A stretch of DNA of 64,000 bases from Acidimicrobiaceae bacterium (GTDB lineage Bacteria > Actinomycetota > Acidimicrobiia > Acidimicrobiales > RAAP-2), in assembly GCA_003138855.1 (NCBI GenBank), contig PLHF01000045.1, positions 17,054-81,053 of the forward strand, in the 5' to 3' direction. Shown here one piece after another: positions 44,744 through 55,240 of the stretch; positions within the stretch are counted from its first letter, which is position 1; each line of letters starts with the position of its first letter. Made by a program: the position numbers and the translations under genes. The notes under the pieces are model-generated. The model saw nothing but the letters and a program-made list of their open reading frames with translations. It was not told the DNA's origin and made no database searches.

Positions 44744-45499
44744 ATGGTGCCGGCCGAGGAGACCCTGGTGGTGATCGAGGACGATCACCACATATCGGAC
44801 CTAGTCGCTATGTACCTGCGGCGTGACGGTTTCCGGGTGCTCCAGGCGGAAGACGGAGAGACGGGCCTGGCCCTGGTGGAACGCGAGCATCCGAAGCTGG
44901 TCATCGTGGACATCGGGCTGCCCGGCGCCCTCGACGGTCTCGACGTCTGCCGAAGACTCCGGAGCAGCACGGCACCGCCGGGTGGCGACCGCCGGGGCGG
45001 GGAAGAACGGGCTGCCAGAGGTGGCGGGGGCGGCGTCGCCGCGGACGTCCCGATCCTGATACTGAGTGCCCGCGACGACGAAGTGGACCGGGTGCTCGGC
45101 CTCGAACTCGGTGCGGACGATTACGTCACCAAGCCGTTCTCGGCCCGTGAGCTCGTGGCCCGCGTGCACGCCATTCTGCGTCGGGTCGGGACGCCACTGG
45201 TCCCGGCCGGCCCCTCGGTGGAGCAGATCGGCCGCGTCGAGGTCGACTCCCGTCGCCGCGAGGCCCGTCTGGCCGGCGAGGTGATCCCGTTGACCACCCG
45301 TGAGTTCGACCTGCTGGCCTACCTGGCGGACAACCTCGGACTGGCCTTGTCGCGGCGGCAACTGCTCGACGGAGTCTGGGGGGACGACTGGATCGGCGAC
45401 GAGCGCACCGTCGACGTCCATGTCCGCCAGCTCCGCAAGAAACTGGGCGACGACCTCCCCTTGGCCACGGTCTGGGGCGTCGGCTACCGGCTCGGATGA
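44744..45499 (+). CDS. OmpR-family response regulator
   Basis: IEDD, DIGLP, LGADDYVTKPF, wHTH with TVDVHV and VWGVGY. Confidence 0.93.
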   Translation: MVPAEETLVVIEDDHHISDLVAMYLRRDGFRVLQAEDGETGLALVEREHPKLVIVDIGLPGALDGLDVCRRLRSSTAPPGGDRRGGEERAARGGGGGVAADVPILILSARDDEVDRVLGLELGADDYVTKPFSARELVARVHAILRRVGTPLVPAGPSVEQIGRVEVDSRRREARLAGEVIPLTTREFDLLAYLADNLGLALSRRQLLDGVWGDDWIGDERTVDVHVRQLRKKLGDDLPLATVWGVGYRLG

Positions 45500-46944
45500 G
45501 ACGACGACTCACCATTGCCATCCTGTTGTTGGTGGCCGTCACCCTCCTGGCCACCAGCGTGGGGAGCTACGTGCTCATCCGGCGTGCCGCCGTGTCCACC
45601 GCCCAACAGGAGCTGATCGGGCAGGGCAGGGCCATCTCCCAGACCTTCTCGAACACCACCGACATCACCAAGGCGACGTTCCGGCGCGAGCTCAGAGTCA
45701 TTGCCGACGCAGGAGCCTTCGCCGACATCAGCGTGCTCGCCCTGTACCCCGACGGCACCATCACCGGTCAGCTCCCGTCGGGCATCACCGAGGCGCAGCT
45801 CGACATACCGGCCCTGCAGGCCGGGCAGCAGACCAGCGGCCGCAGCAGGTCCCTCCTGGTGTACACCGCCGTGCCCACGCCCATCGCCAGGGTGACCGCC
45901 TACGTACCGGTCCTTGTGATCACGCGCCAGGCCCACAACCCGGCCAACGGGTTCCGCTATTTCGGCCTGGTGGGAGCCATCGGCCTGGTAGCTGCTGCCC
46001 TGGTGGCTGCGGCCCTGGCCCGGAGGTTCACCCGCCCCCTGGTGGCAGCAGTTGCCGCTACCAGGCGCATTGCGTCCGGGGACCTCGATGCCACCGTGGC
46101 GGTCCACCCCCGGGAGGACCCCGAGTTCACCCAGCTGGCCGAATCGATCAACACCCTGGGGGCCAATCTGGTGCGGGCGCGCGACCAAGAGCGCCAATTC
46201 CTCCTCTCGGTCTCACACGAACTGCGTACGCCACTCACCTCGATCCGAGGCTACGCAGACGCGGTGATCGACGGAGCCACGGACGATGCTGCCGCGGCGG
46301 CGGCCGTCATCAGCTCCGAGTCCCGCCGACTCGAGCGTCTGGTCCAGGATCTCCTCGATCTGGCCCGACTCGATGCCGATCGCTTCTCCCTCGACCTGCA
46401 GCCCGTGGACTGTGCCGCGGTCGTCCGTCAGGTGGTCGACGGCTTCCTGCCCAGGGCCGGCGAGCTCGGACTGGAGTTGGTCACCGCACCGGGCTCGGAT
46501 GGACCGCTCTGGGTACTGGCTGACGCCGATCGGCTGGCCCAGGTTCTTGTCAACCTGGTGGAGAACGCTTCCTCGTTCGCCCGGCACCGCATCGTGGTGG
46601 GAGCGGCCTCCGTGGGCGGGACCCCTGGAGTGTGGGTGGTCGACGACGGCCCGGGGATCCCCGCCGATCAACTGTCACGAGTGTTCGAACGACACTTCGT
46701 CTCTGACCGAGTCCGCGGGCGGCGCACGGGCTCGGGCCTGGGACTGGCCATCGTGTCGGAGCTGGCAGCCGCCATGGGAGCAACGGTCCGGGCCGAATCG
46801 CCGGTGGCCGAGGGACAGGGCACACGGATGTCGGTGGCTTTCCGGCCCGGTCGCCTCCCCGAGGCGCCCGGCGGCCCGAGCGGACCACGGCCGACCGGCG
46901 GTTCGAGCGGCCTGCCCGGCCCTGCCGCCGTTCCCTCGGCCTGA
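45496..46944 (+). CDS. HAMP sensor histidine kinase
   Basis: Two TMs, HAMP, SHELRTPLT, NLVENA, D.GPGI, GSGLGL. Confidence 0.93.
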   Translation: MRRRLTIAILLLVAVTLLATSVGSYVLIRRAAVSTAQQELIGQGRAISQTFSNTTDITKATFRRELRVIADAGAFADISVLALYPDGTITGQLPSGITEAQLDIPALQAGQQTSGRSRSLLVYTAVPTPIARVTAYVPVLVITRQAHNPANGFRYFGLVGAIGLVAAALVAAALARRFTRPLVAAVAATRRIASGDLDATVAVHPREDPEFTQLAESINTLGANLVRARDQERQFLLSVSHELRTPLTSIRGYADAVIDGATDDAAAAAAVISSESRRLERLVQDLLDLARLDADRFSLDLQPVDCAAVVRQVVDGFLPRAGELGLELVTAPGSDGPLWVLADADRLAQVLVNLVENASSFARHRIVVGAASVGGTPGVWVVDDGPGIPADQLSRVFERHFVSDRVRGRRTGSGLGLAIVSELAAAMGATVRAESPVAEGQGTRMSVAFRPGRLPEAPGGPSGPRPTGGSSGLPGPAAVPSA

Positions 46945-47031
46945 GCCCATCGATCCGGTTCGATCCGATCCGATTCGATCCGGGGCACCAGGACGCAGTA
47001 TGAAGGAAATCCCGACGGAGAAGGAGGACCC

Positions 47032-47832
47032 ATGGACCAGGTGATCCTTGTCACCGGCGCCTCGGCGGGCATCGGCCGGGCCTGCGCCGACCGGATGCAT
47101 CACCAGGGGTGGAAGGTCGTCGGTGCCAGTCGCCGCGGCACCTCGTCCGGCGGTTGGGACCCCATGGTGATGGACGTGGACACCGATACCTCGGTGCGCT
47201 CGGGATTCGAGACCCTGCTGGCGCAGCACGGGCGGCTCGATGCCGTGGTCGCCTGTGCCGGGTGGGGTCTGGCCGGAGCCGTGGAGCAGACACCGATCGC
47301 CGATGCGCGGGACCAGCTGGAGACAAATTTCTGGGGGGCGGTGCGAGTCGTTCAGGAGGCACTCCCCGTCATGCGCCGCCAGCGGTCGGGCAGGATCGTC
47401 CTCATCAGCTCCATCGGCGGGATCATCGGGATCCCGTTCCAGGCCTTCTACAGCGCCAGCAAGTTCGCCATGGAGGGCTACGCGGAGTCGCTCGCCTACG
47501 AGGTGGAGCCTTTCAACATCCAGGTGACGCTGGTCGAACCCGGCAACGTGCGAACCGACTTCACCAGCAGCCGCCGGGACGTGAAGGCACCGGACGGTGA
47601 CGATCCCTACGCTGCAGCGGTGGCCAGGGCGGTCGCCAAGATGGCCCGCGACGAGGCGCACGGGATTACCCCTGACGAGGCGGCTGCGACCGTGCAACGC
47701 GCCCTCGAGGCCAGGCACCCCCGACGGCGGGTTTCGGTCGGGAAGCCTGGCGAGCGGGTGGGGATCATCAGCAAGCGCCTCATGCCGTACCGCCTCTTCG
47801 AAGTGGCGGCCAAGGGCAGTCTCGGCGTCTGA
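47032..47832 (+). CDS. SDR oxidoreductase
   Basis: TGASAGIG, YSASK, EPG.V.T; AAGGAGG RBS. Confidence 0.9.
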   Translation: MDQVILVTGASAGIGRACADRMHHQGWKVVGASRRGTSSGGWDPMVMDVDTDTSVRSGFETLLAQHGRLDAVVACAGWGLAGAVEQTPIADARDQLETNFWGAVRVVQEALPVMRRQRSGRIVLISSIGGIIGIPFQAFYSASKFAMEGYAESLAYEVEPFNIQVTLVEPGNVRTDFTSSRRDVKAPDGDDPYAAAVARAVAKMARDEAHGITPDEAAATVQRALEARHPRRRVSVGKPGERVGIISKRLMPYRLFEVAAKGSLGV

Positions 47833-47875
47833 CCGGCAGCACCTCTCTTCGTGCCATGGGTCGCCGCTGATCCCT

Positions 47876-49051
47876 TCAGAGGCCGATGGCGGACCAGTAC
47901 GAGCCGTCGAGCATGCCCCGGAGGGTCGAGCGGTGCATGATCAGGTCGTCGATGTCGTCAGGAGGTTCCGCTTCGCCGAAGAAGATGGATCGCTCGGTGA
48001 CCCGCCGCATGATGATGCCGTGCCGGATGGCTGCGTAGGCGATGTGCCAGGTGAGGTCCCCCGGAGCCCGTCCTGACGCCTTGGCGTAGGACTCGCTCAC
48101 ATCGGACGGCCGGAACATGTCCGGAAGCCCGGGTGCGCCGAGCTGCACGGCCAGGTCCTGGAAGAAGAGGTGAAGATAGCACATCCACCCGAGATCGACC
48201 TCGGGCGGGGCCACCGCAGCCATCTCCCAGTCGAGCACCGCCACGACCTGGTGGTCGCGGAACATCATGTTCCCGATCCGGCCATCGCCCCACGAGAGCG
48301 CATCGGCACTCACATCGGTGGGGAGGTTGTCGATCAACCAGGTGAAACACTCTTCCAGTAACGGTGACGGGGCATCCCCCACCACCCAGTCGTGATACGA
48401 CCGCCAATGGTCGAGGCTCCGCTCGAGCGAGGTGGCACCGCGACCGCGATGTTCGAGGAATCCGAGGTCGTGCCGCTCGGGGGTGATGGAGTGGATTCCG
48501 GCCAGAGCCCGGATGGCCGATTCCTGCAGGGTGCGGCGATCGGCTTCACTGCTGTCGAACACCCAGTTGTCGCCAAAGGTGTAGGGCAGGACGTCCGGCG
48601 GCACCAGCCCGTCGACCCGCCCCATCACGAAGAACGGGCCCCCGAGGATCTCGGGATCGGGTTCGTACCAGTGTGACTCCGGTACGGGGACCGAGGTGTG
48701 CTCCTGCACCAGCTTCATCACCTTGAACTGCATGTCCAGGTCGTAGGTGGTGAACACCGGGTAGGCCGTACTGGGAGGTTCGATGCGTGCCACCAGACGG
48801 TGGTCGACGGGCCCGTCCCCTTCGTCCCAGAGAGCCGTGAAGAGGAGGGTCTCCGAGGACATGCCGTTGCCCTCGGGACTGGTGACCTCCGTGATCACCG
48901 GTTCGCTGCTGGCCGGCAAGGTGTCGGCCAGCCACCGCTGGAGCTGCTCGGCCAGCTTCTTCGGGTCGCGGGTCGACGTGGTGATGCGTTCGGGGTCCAT
49001 CTCGACCCGACCCTCCGCCGAAACCGCGCCTGATGATGCCTTCGGACCCAT
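47876..49051 (-). CDS. APH-family phosphotransferase
   Basis: G.SSET, PFFVM, WGD.R.GN, VLDWEMA. Confidence 0.85.
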   Translation of the reverse strand: MGPKASSGAVSAEGRVEMDPERITTSTRDPKKLAEQLQRWLADTLPASSEPVITEVTSPEGNGMSSETLLFTALWDEGDGPVDHRLVARIEPPSTAYPVFTTYDLDMQFKVMKLVQEHTSVPVPESHWYEPDPEILGGPFFVMGRVDGLVPPDVLPYTFGDNWVFDSSEADRRTLQESAIRALAGIHSITPERHDLGFLEHRGRGATSLERSLDHWRSYHDWVVGDAPSPLLEECFTWLIDNLPTDVSADALSWGDGRIGNMMFRDHQVVAVLDWEMAAVAPPEVDLGWMCYLHLFFQDLAVQLGAPGLPDMFRPSDVSESYAKASGRAPGDLTWHIAYAAIRHGIIMRRVTERSIFFGEAEPPDDIDDLIMHRSTLRGMLDGSYWSAIGL

Positions 49052-49153
49052 GCTTTCCCCCCGAATTCGTCCGCAACTGCTGCGGGCCAGTATCGCGCCG
49101 TGTCCACCCGCGCCGTGTCGTAGTTTCGATGCGCTCAGGCGGGCAAGACGGGC

Positions 49154-49879
49154 TCAGCGGGCCGCGGTGATCTCGCTGACGACGGTCCGGGCCTCCGATT
49201 CGGTGAATCCCGCGACGGTCACCTGTCCACTGACCGTGGTGAAGTAGAGGGCGGTCGGCTGGATGAGCTGCTCGCTCACCACCTGCGCGTTCACGTCGAC
49301 GGCGACGAAGGCGTGGAACTGGGTCCTCGCCAGCTCGTTCCATGCGGCAGTGCCGGCACTGGTCAACGTGATATTGACCAGCCACCCGCCGTTCCCGACC
49401 TGGGCAGAAGCCGACTGGACGGACGCTCCGGTCAGGCCGGCCGGACCCAGTACGAAGCGACCGGCTGCCGGAGTCGGCGGCGCAGCAGGGAGCAGGACCG
49501 TGGCCGTAGCGGTGTCGTTGGCGGGGGTCGTGGACGGGTAGGCGGCGAACTGCGCGTCCGGTGGAATGCTCGTGTTGCTGGTGTAACCGTCAGGATTGCT
49601 CGAGCTGGGGGTCACCACGAGATTGAGAACGGACAGCTGGGACGCTGCCGCGCAGGGCGGCAGGGCACCGGCGGGAGGGGACTGTCCGGCGGCTCCGGCG
49701 TAGTCGGGAGCTGCACAGAGCACGGGCCGCACGGAGAACACGGCGGTCCCGGCCACACCGCCGATGGTCGAGGCGGTGCTCCCGGTGGTCCCGGTGGTCG
49801 AAGGGGGCGCGGCTGAAGAGCAGCCGGCGAGCAGCACTCCGATGCCCGTCACCATCACCGTCGCCATCTTCGCCTTCAA
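49154..49879 (-). CDS. Lipoprotein consisting of a SecD P1-like domain
   Basis: LAGC lipobox; RPVL, LGPA.LTG..V..A, GW.V.I.LT..G...W, V.S...IQ, GFT..EA; no TM helices after the signal peptide. Confidence 0.7.
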   Translation of the reverse strand: MKAKMATVMVTGIGVLLAGCSSAAPPSTTGTTGSTASTIGGVAGTAVFSVRPVLCAAPDYAGAAGQSPPAGALPPCAAASQLSVLNLVVTPSSSNPDGYTSNTSIPPDAQFAAYPSTTPANDTATATVLLPAAPPTPAAGRFVLGPAGLTGASVQSASAQVGNGGWLVNITLTSAGTAAWNELARTQFHAFVAVDVNAQVVSEQLIQPTALYFTTVSGQVTVAGFTESEARTVVSEITAAR

Positions 49880-49977
49880 CTCCGCCTCTCCTTCCTCGCA
49901 GGTCACGGACACTAGCTGCGTATCCGGAGCTCGAAGCGCATGCCGTTCCGAGACCCGCGGCGGCGCGGTCCGCGTTC

Positions 49978-51006
49978 CTACTCGACGAGGGGAAGCGGTC
50001 GGGCCTCCGCTGCTGCCTGCCGGGGGCCGCCGTCGGCCGTCCAGCAGACCACCACCTGTGCCGGAGGAGCGATCCGCCGGTGCAGCAGCGCCAACCCCAC
50101 CGCGGCCCTGAGTCCGGGGGACCAGGCGACGGAGGTCAAATGCCCGACCTCGAACTCACCGTCGACGGTCAGGACTGCGGCGCCGGTCGGCGGCAGTTCG
50201 TACCCCGCGCTTCCCTCGACTCCGCCGGGCGCGCCGGCCCCGAGCACCAGCCCACTCATCTTTCGGGCAACCTTGGAGCCCCGGGCGTCGAGTCGGGCCA
50301 CCAGCTCCTGGCCGGTGAAACAACCTTTGGTGAACGACACCGTGCGCTCGACCAGCCCGACCTCTGCGGCGATGGTCGAATCGGTGATCTCCCTTCCGTT
50401 CACCGGCACGCCCGCCTCGATCCTCACTGCTTCCCATGCCGCATCCCCGCACCGGAGCACGCCCGGGTCGACCCAGCCGTCGATCGGGCCTCCGGGCGCG
50501 GGTGAGGGTCCGACCAGGTCGAATCCAGACAGGCCCGGCCACTCGACCGGCAGGCGCAGCACCCCGTCGGGACCCACACCGGCACCGGTGCCGGGATCAG
50601 CACCGTCTGCGGGCAGGGTCACCGCCCATCCGTCGGCCTCAGGTCCGCGGATCGCCACACAGCTCCACGGGAGCGGCTCGATCTCCACCTCGACCCGGAG
50701 CCGGAACCGCTTCAGTCGTGCATCGACGACCTCCCCGTACCCCGCGTCGGTGTCGATGATGAAGACATCGGCGGCCCTCCGGGTGACCCGGACCAAGGCA
50801 TCGATCTTCCCCTGCGGGCTCAACAGCAGCGCGTCCGCGGACCCTCCGATCGGCATGCCCTCGACGTCCTGGCTGCACTGGCCCTGCAGGTACGAGGCGG
50901 CGTCAGCACCGGACACGGACAGCACGTCCCTGTCGAGCTGGTGGGCACCCACCCCGTGGCGAAGGGCCTCGTACTCGGCTCCGAGGTTCGTCGCGGCGCC
51001 GGTCAC
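49978..51006 (-). CDS. YgfZ/GcvT folate-binding protein
   Basis: G.DA..YLQGQ, PQGK, RIEAG.P, KGCFTGQE. Confidence 0.9.
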   Translation of the reverse strand: MTGAATNLGAEYEALRHGVGAHQLDRDVLSVSGADAASYLQGQCSQDVEGMPIGGSADALLLSPQGKIDALVRVTRRAADVFIIDTDAGYGEVVDARLKRFRLRVEVEIEPLPWSCVAIRGPEADGWAVTLPADGADPGTGAGVGPDGVLRLPVEWPGLSGFDLVGPSPAPGGPIDGWVDPGVLRCGDAAWEAVRIEAGVPVNGREITDSTIAAEVGLVERTVSFTKGCFTGQELVARLDARGSKVARKMSGLVLGAGAPGGVEGSAGYELPPTGAAVLTVDGEFEVGHLTSVAWSPGLRAAVGLALLHRRIAPPAQVVVCWTADGGPRQAAAEARPLPLVE

Positions 51007-51018
51007 GCGGTCACCCGT

Positions 51019-52572
51019 TCACCGCGGTGCCGTCGCGGCTCGGGCCATGGCCACCGCCGACAGGATGGCCGCTGCCTTGTGGGCGCACTCGGCATTCTCC
51101 GAAGCCGGATCGCTGTCGGCCACGATGCCCGCCCCGGCCTGTACCGACGCGGTCCCGTCCGGACCGACGGTCATGGTCCGGATGGCGATGGCGGTGTCGA
51201 GATTGCCCGAGAAGTCGAGATACCCCACAACCCCGCCGTAGACGCCACGCCTGGTCGGCTCGAGATCGTCGATGATCTCCATCGCCCGTACTTTCGGGGC
51301 ACCGGAGAGGGTTCCTGCCGGGATGGTGGCGCGCAACACGTCGATCGGTCCCCTGCCCGGGGCCAGTTGGCCCGACACCTGGGAGGTCAGGTGCATGATG
51401 TGGCTGTAGCGCTCCACCACCATCATCTCGTCGACCACCTCGGTCCCGAAGCTGACCACCCGGCCCACGTCGTTGCGCGCCAGGTCCACCAGCATCACGT
51501 GCTCTGCAACCTCCTTCGGGTCTTCGACGAGCTCGCCGGCGAGCCGGCTGTCGTCCTCGGGAGTCGCCCCCCGGGGGCGAGATCCGGCGATGGGCCGCGA
51601 GATGACCGTTCCGTCGCGGAGGCGCACCATCGGTTCGGGGGACGCACCCACCACGGTCACCTCGGGGAAGCGGAGGAAGTAGAGGTAGGGGCTCGGATTG
51701 ACCAGGCGGAGGACGCGGTAGACGTCGAAGGGATCCGCACCCAGGGAGCCCAGGTCGAATCGTTGCGACAGGACCACCTGGAAGATGTCCCCGGCCGTGA
51801 CGTGCTCCTTGGCGGCCCGGACCGCGTCCTCGTAGAGCGAGTCGGACATCGTGCGTCGCACATCTGCAGGGGTGTCGACACGCTCGGGCAGGAGGCGTGG
51901 CGGTTGGTCCACCGGGCGGAAGCAGTCGGCGGCCAGCTGATCGAGCCGGGTCTCAGCCGCGTGGTGGGCGGCATGGAGATCGTCGACTCCCCAGTCCCGG
52001 TCGATGACCACGTTGTCGATCAGCACCACCCTCTGGCGCCAGTGGTCGAAGGCGGCCAGCTGGCCGATGACGGCCAGGATGGCGTCGGGCTGGCCCAGGT
52101 CGTCGTGGGGGGCGTTCGGAAGGTGCTCCACCTCGCGCACCACGTCGTACCCGAGATAACCGACCAGTCCGGCATGCAGCGGGGGCAGGTCCGCCAGCTC
52201 CGGTGATTTGAAGGCGCCCAGGATCGCCTCCAGGGCGGCCAAGACTCCCCCGGTCCCGCTGACCCCGTTGCCGGTCACCGCATCGAGGTCGAGGGTGCCG
52301 TCGGTGGTCACTACGCCGCCGCGGGAGGTGACGGTGGCCAGGGGATTCCTCCCGATGAAGGAGTACCGCCCCCACCGTTCGCCGCCCTCCACAGACTCGA
52401 GCAGGAACCCCGTGGTGTCCCCGCTGCCCACGATCTGCAGGAAGACAGCCACCGGGGTGATGGTGTCGGCCACCAGTTCGCGCCAGACCGGGACGATCCG
52501 GTGCTTGGATGCCAATGCCACGAAGCCGGATGGTCCCGGGCCGGTCGGGTCGTGCTCCAACGCCAGTGTCAT
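51019..52572 (-). CDS. trpE: Anthranilate synthase component I
   Basis: [61 protein letters not shown] overlap with hisI. Confidence 0.95.
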   Translation of the reverse strand: MTLALEHDPTGPGPSGFVALASKHRIVPVWRELVADTITPVAVFLQIVGSGDTTGFLLESVEGGERWGRYSFIGRNPLATVTSRGGVVTTDGTLDLDAVTGNGVSGTGGVLAALEAILGAFKSPELADLPPLHAGLVGYLGYDVVREVEHLPNAPHDDLGQPDAILAVIGQLAAFDHWRQRVVLIDNVVIDRDWGVDDLHAAHHAAETRLDQLAADCFRPVDQPPRLLPERVDTPADVRRTMSDSLYEDAVRAAKEHVTAGDIFQVVLSQRFDLGSLGADPFDVYRVLRLVNPSPYLYFLRFPEVTVVGASPEPMVRLRDGTVISRPIAGSRPRGATPEDDSRLAGELVEDPKEVAEHVMLVDLARNDVGRVVSFGTEVVDEMMVVERYSHIMHLTSQVSGQLAPGRGPIDVLRATIPAGTLSGAPKVRAMEIIDDLEPTRRGVYGGVVGYLDFSGNLDTAIAIRTMTVGPDGTASVQAGAGIVADSDPASENAECAHKAAAILSAVAMARAATAPR

Positions 52573-52967
52573 CGATCCGACGTCGTGTCGCCGAAGGAGC
52601 GGTAGAAGCAAGTGCGGTGACCGGTGTGACAGGCCCCCGCTCCCTCCTGGTCGACCTCGATCAACAGGGCGTCACCGTCGCAGTCGTAGTGGACGCTGCG
52701 CACGTACTGGCGGTCGCCCGAGGTCTCGCCCTTGCACCAGTACTCCTGTCGGCTACGGCTCCAGAACCAGGTCCTTCCGGTGTCGAGCGTGCGGTGGAGG
52801 GACTCGCTGTTCATCCAGGCGAACATGAGGACGGCACTGTCGGAGGCGTCCTGGACGATGGCCCCGACCAGACCGTCCCCGTTGAAGGTGATCCGATCGA
52901 ACTCGGCATCGGTAAAGGCGATCGGGGTGGCCGTGTAGGCGGTGGTGTCGTTCGTGCCGGTGTTCAC
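52569..52967 (-). CDS. hisI: Phosphoribosyl-AMP cyclohydrolase
   Basis: WSRSR..W.KGETSG, DCDGD, ACHTG..TCF; GGAG RBS before GTG 52967. Confidence 0.94.
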   Translation of the reverse strand: MNTGTNDTTAYTATPIAFTDAEFDRITFNGDGLVGAIVQDASDSAVLMFAWMNSESLHRTLDTGRTWFWSRSRQEYWCKGETSGDRQYVRSVHYDCDGDALLIEVDQEGAGACHTGHRTCFYRSFGDTTSDR

Positions 52968-53140
52968 GAGAGGTGCTCCCTGGTGCGTGTCGTTGCTGTC
53001 GTCTGGATCGTCGTCCGGGTCGTCTTGCAGGTCGTCATCTGGGTCGTCGGACAAGGTGGGTCGTCGGAGCGGAGCAGAGCGGCTGCGGGGCGGATACCGC
53101 TCGATGCGGCGTGTCCGGTGCCCGGCCTCGGGAGTCATGT

Positions 53141-53509
53141 TCAGAGATAGAGACCGGTCCCGCCGTCGATGCGGGTCGCGGCGACCGCATGGATGTCCCG
53201 CTCGCGGAGGATGATGTACTCGTCGCCCTGGACTTCCACTTCGAACTGGTCCTCGGGGTTGAACAGGACGTTGTCCCCCGCCTTGACCGATCGGACGTGG
53301 GGGCCCACGGCCACCGTCTCGGCCCAGGCGAGCCGCCGCGACACCTGGGCAGTGGCCGGAATCAGGATCCCCGCCCGTGAAAGACGCTCGCCCTCCGACG
53401 GCCCCACCTGGACCAACACCCGGTCGGCCAGAACGGTGATGGGCAGCTGGGCCCGGCTCCCGTCCCCGTTTTGGCTGGTTGCTGGAACTTCTGACGTCGT
53501 GGAAGCCAC
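53141..53509 (-). CDS. Orphan GroES/Cpn10-family protein with C-terminal GTGLYL
   Basis: L.DRVLV, GILIP mobile loop, VAVGP, VK.GD.VLF, Y.ILRE.DI.AV; roof hairpin absent. Confidence 0.88.
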   Translation of the reverse strand: MASTTSEVPATSQNGDGSRAQLPITVLADRVLVQVGPSEGERLSRAGILIPATAQVSRRLAWAETVAVGPHVRSVKAGDNVLFNPEDQFEVEVQGDEYIILRERDIHAVAATRIDGGTGLYL

Positions 53510-53546
53510 GATCTCAGGCTACCGCAGGGGTGATGGGGCCCGGCCG

Positions 53547-53595
53547 GAGCCGACTGAGCCGACTGAGCCGACTGAGCCAGCCCAGCCGACTGAGC
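53547..53595. repeat. 9-bp tandem repeat gagccgact x3 plus degenerate copies
   Basis: Read directly. Confidence 0.85.
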
Positions 53596-53666
53596 GGGTC
53601 GGAGGGCCCGGGATAGGCCGGGATGACCCGTTCGGGCGAGGCAGCGGCTGCGGTCACAACGAGTGC

Positions 53667-53698
53667 AGTCAGGAGGGTGACGAGTCAGGAGGGTGACG
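53667..53698. repeat. 16-bp tandem duplication agtcaggagggtgacg x2 spanning the hisF stop
   Basis: Read directly. Confidence 0.85.
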
Positions 53699-54476
53699 GC
53701 GGGCGCACCGACACCCCCGCCAACTGCATGTACGCCTTCGCCTCGCCCACGGTGAACTCACCCAGATGGAAGATCGACGCGGCAAGCACCGCATCGGCGG
53801 ATCCCTCCAGGGCTCCCTCGACCAGGTGGTCGAGCGTCCCCACACCGCCCGATGCAACGACCGGCACCGGGGAGCGCTCGGCGATCGTGCGGGTCAGCTC
53901 CAGGTCGAACCCGTCGCGGGTGCCGTCGCGGTCCATCGAGGTGATCAACAACTCTCCCGCTCCGACGGCCGCGCACTGCTCCGACCAGGCCACGGCGTCC
54001 ACGCCGGTGGGCGTCCGGCCGCCGTGGGTGAACACCTCCCATTCCGTTGCCTCGCCCGATGCCCCTTCCGGTCGGCGTCGGCGGGCGTCGACCGCCACGA
54101 CGACGCACTGGCTACCGAACTCGTCGGCCAGCTCGGCGATGAGAGCTGGCCGGTCCACCGCTGCGGTGTTGATACCGACCTTGTCCGCTCCGGCCCGGAG
54201 CAACTGCCGGGCATCCTCGACCGAGCGCACCCCTCCGCCTACGGTGAAGGGGATGAAGACCACCTCGGCGGTCCGCGAGACGACGTCAACCATCGTCCGG
54301 CGGTTGTCCGAGGAAGCAGTGATGTCGAGGAAGACCAGTTCATCGGCACCCTGGGCGTCATAGCGCGTCGCCAACTCGACCGGGTCGCCGGCGTCGAACA
54401 GGTCGACGAACCGGACGCCCTTGACCACCCGACCTGCGTCCACGTCCAGGCAGGGGATCACACGGACCGTCCGCAA
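53685..54476 (-). CDS. hisF: Imidazole glycerol phosphate synthase cyclase subunit
   Basis: [43 protein letters not shown]. Confidence 0.97.
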   Translation of the reverse strand: MRTVRVIPCLDVDAGRVVKGVRFVDLFDAGDPVELATRYDAQGADELVFLDITASSDNRRTMVDVVSRTAEVVFIPFTVGGGVRSVEDARQLLRAGADKVGINTAAVDRPALIAELADEFGSQCVVVAVDARRRRPEGASGEATEWEVFTHGGRTPTGVDAVAWSEQCAAVGAGELLITSMDRDGTRDGFDLELTRTIAERSPVPVVASGGVGTLDHLVEGALEGSADAVLAASIFHLGEFTVGEAKAYMQLAGVSVRPPSPS

Positions 54477-55240
54477 GCCTCCACCCCCTCTGCCACGGTC
54501 ATCCGGCCGTCGACCAGAGCCCTGCCGGCGATCACACCACCGAGCCGCCGTTCCCCCCGGCCACCGGCAGTCTCCGGCGCTTCCACCCGGACGACCAGGC
54601 CGGCAAGCGCCTCTATGTCGGCCACCGACCCCACGCCACCCGAGGCGATCACCGGGAGCACCGTCCGCTGCAAGACGGCCCGCAGTCCGTCGAGGTCTGG
54701 GCCGGAGAGCATGCCGTCGCGATCGATGGCGGTCACGATCACTGCGGCCAACTCCACGTCGCCCAACTCCCCCAGGACATCGGAGACCGTGCGGCCACTC
54801 CCCTCTTCCCAGCCCCGGATCGCAACCTCCGCACGACCGTCCGTACCCTGGCGGTAGTCGAGGCCGAGAGCAACCCGACCGGGAAACCTGGCTGCCGCCC
54901 TGTGTGCCAGCCCCGGGTCCTCGAGGGCAGCGGTGCCGAGGATCACCCTGCTGATGCCGCCGTCGAGGAGCTCTTCGATATCCCCTTCCGAACGAACTCC
55001 CCCGCCGGTCTCGACCGGCACACCCACGGCGGCGGCAATGGCCAGCACCGTCGGACGATTCACCGGCCGGCCGGAACGCGCCGCATCGAGATCCACCACG
55101 TGCAGCCACGGAGCACCGGCATCGGCGAACCGGGTGGCCAGGGCCACCGGGTCTCCGTACTCGCTCTGCCTGTCGAAGTCACCCTGCTTCAGCCGGACGG
55201 CGGAGCCACCTCTGATGTCCACAGCCGGATAGAGGTCCAT
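54458..55240 (-). CDS. hisA: ProFAR isomerase
   Basis: YPAVDI.GG.AVRL.QG, HVVDLD, GGGVR, RGW, TAIDRDG.L.GP, ASGG. Confidence 0.94.
   Translation of the reverse strand: MDLYPAVDIRGGSAVRLKQGDFDRQSEYGDPVALATRFADAGAPWLHVVDLDAARSGRPVNRPTVLAIAAAVGVPVETGGGVRSEGDIEELLDGGISRVILGTAALEDPGLAHRAAARFPGRVALGLDYRQGTDGRAEVAIRGWEEGSGRTVSDVLGELGDVELAAVIVTAIDRDGMLSGPDLDGLRAVLQRTVLPVIASGGVGSVADIEALAGLVVRVEAPETAGGRGERRLGGVIAGRALVDGRMTVAEGVEACGRSV

Noticed and set aside
52968..53138. Asp-rich N-terminal extension of HisI
   Set aside because: A GGAG RBS precedes GTG 52967, so the DDPD repeat is more likely a non-coding spacer.
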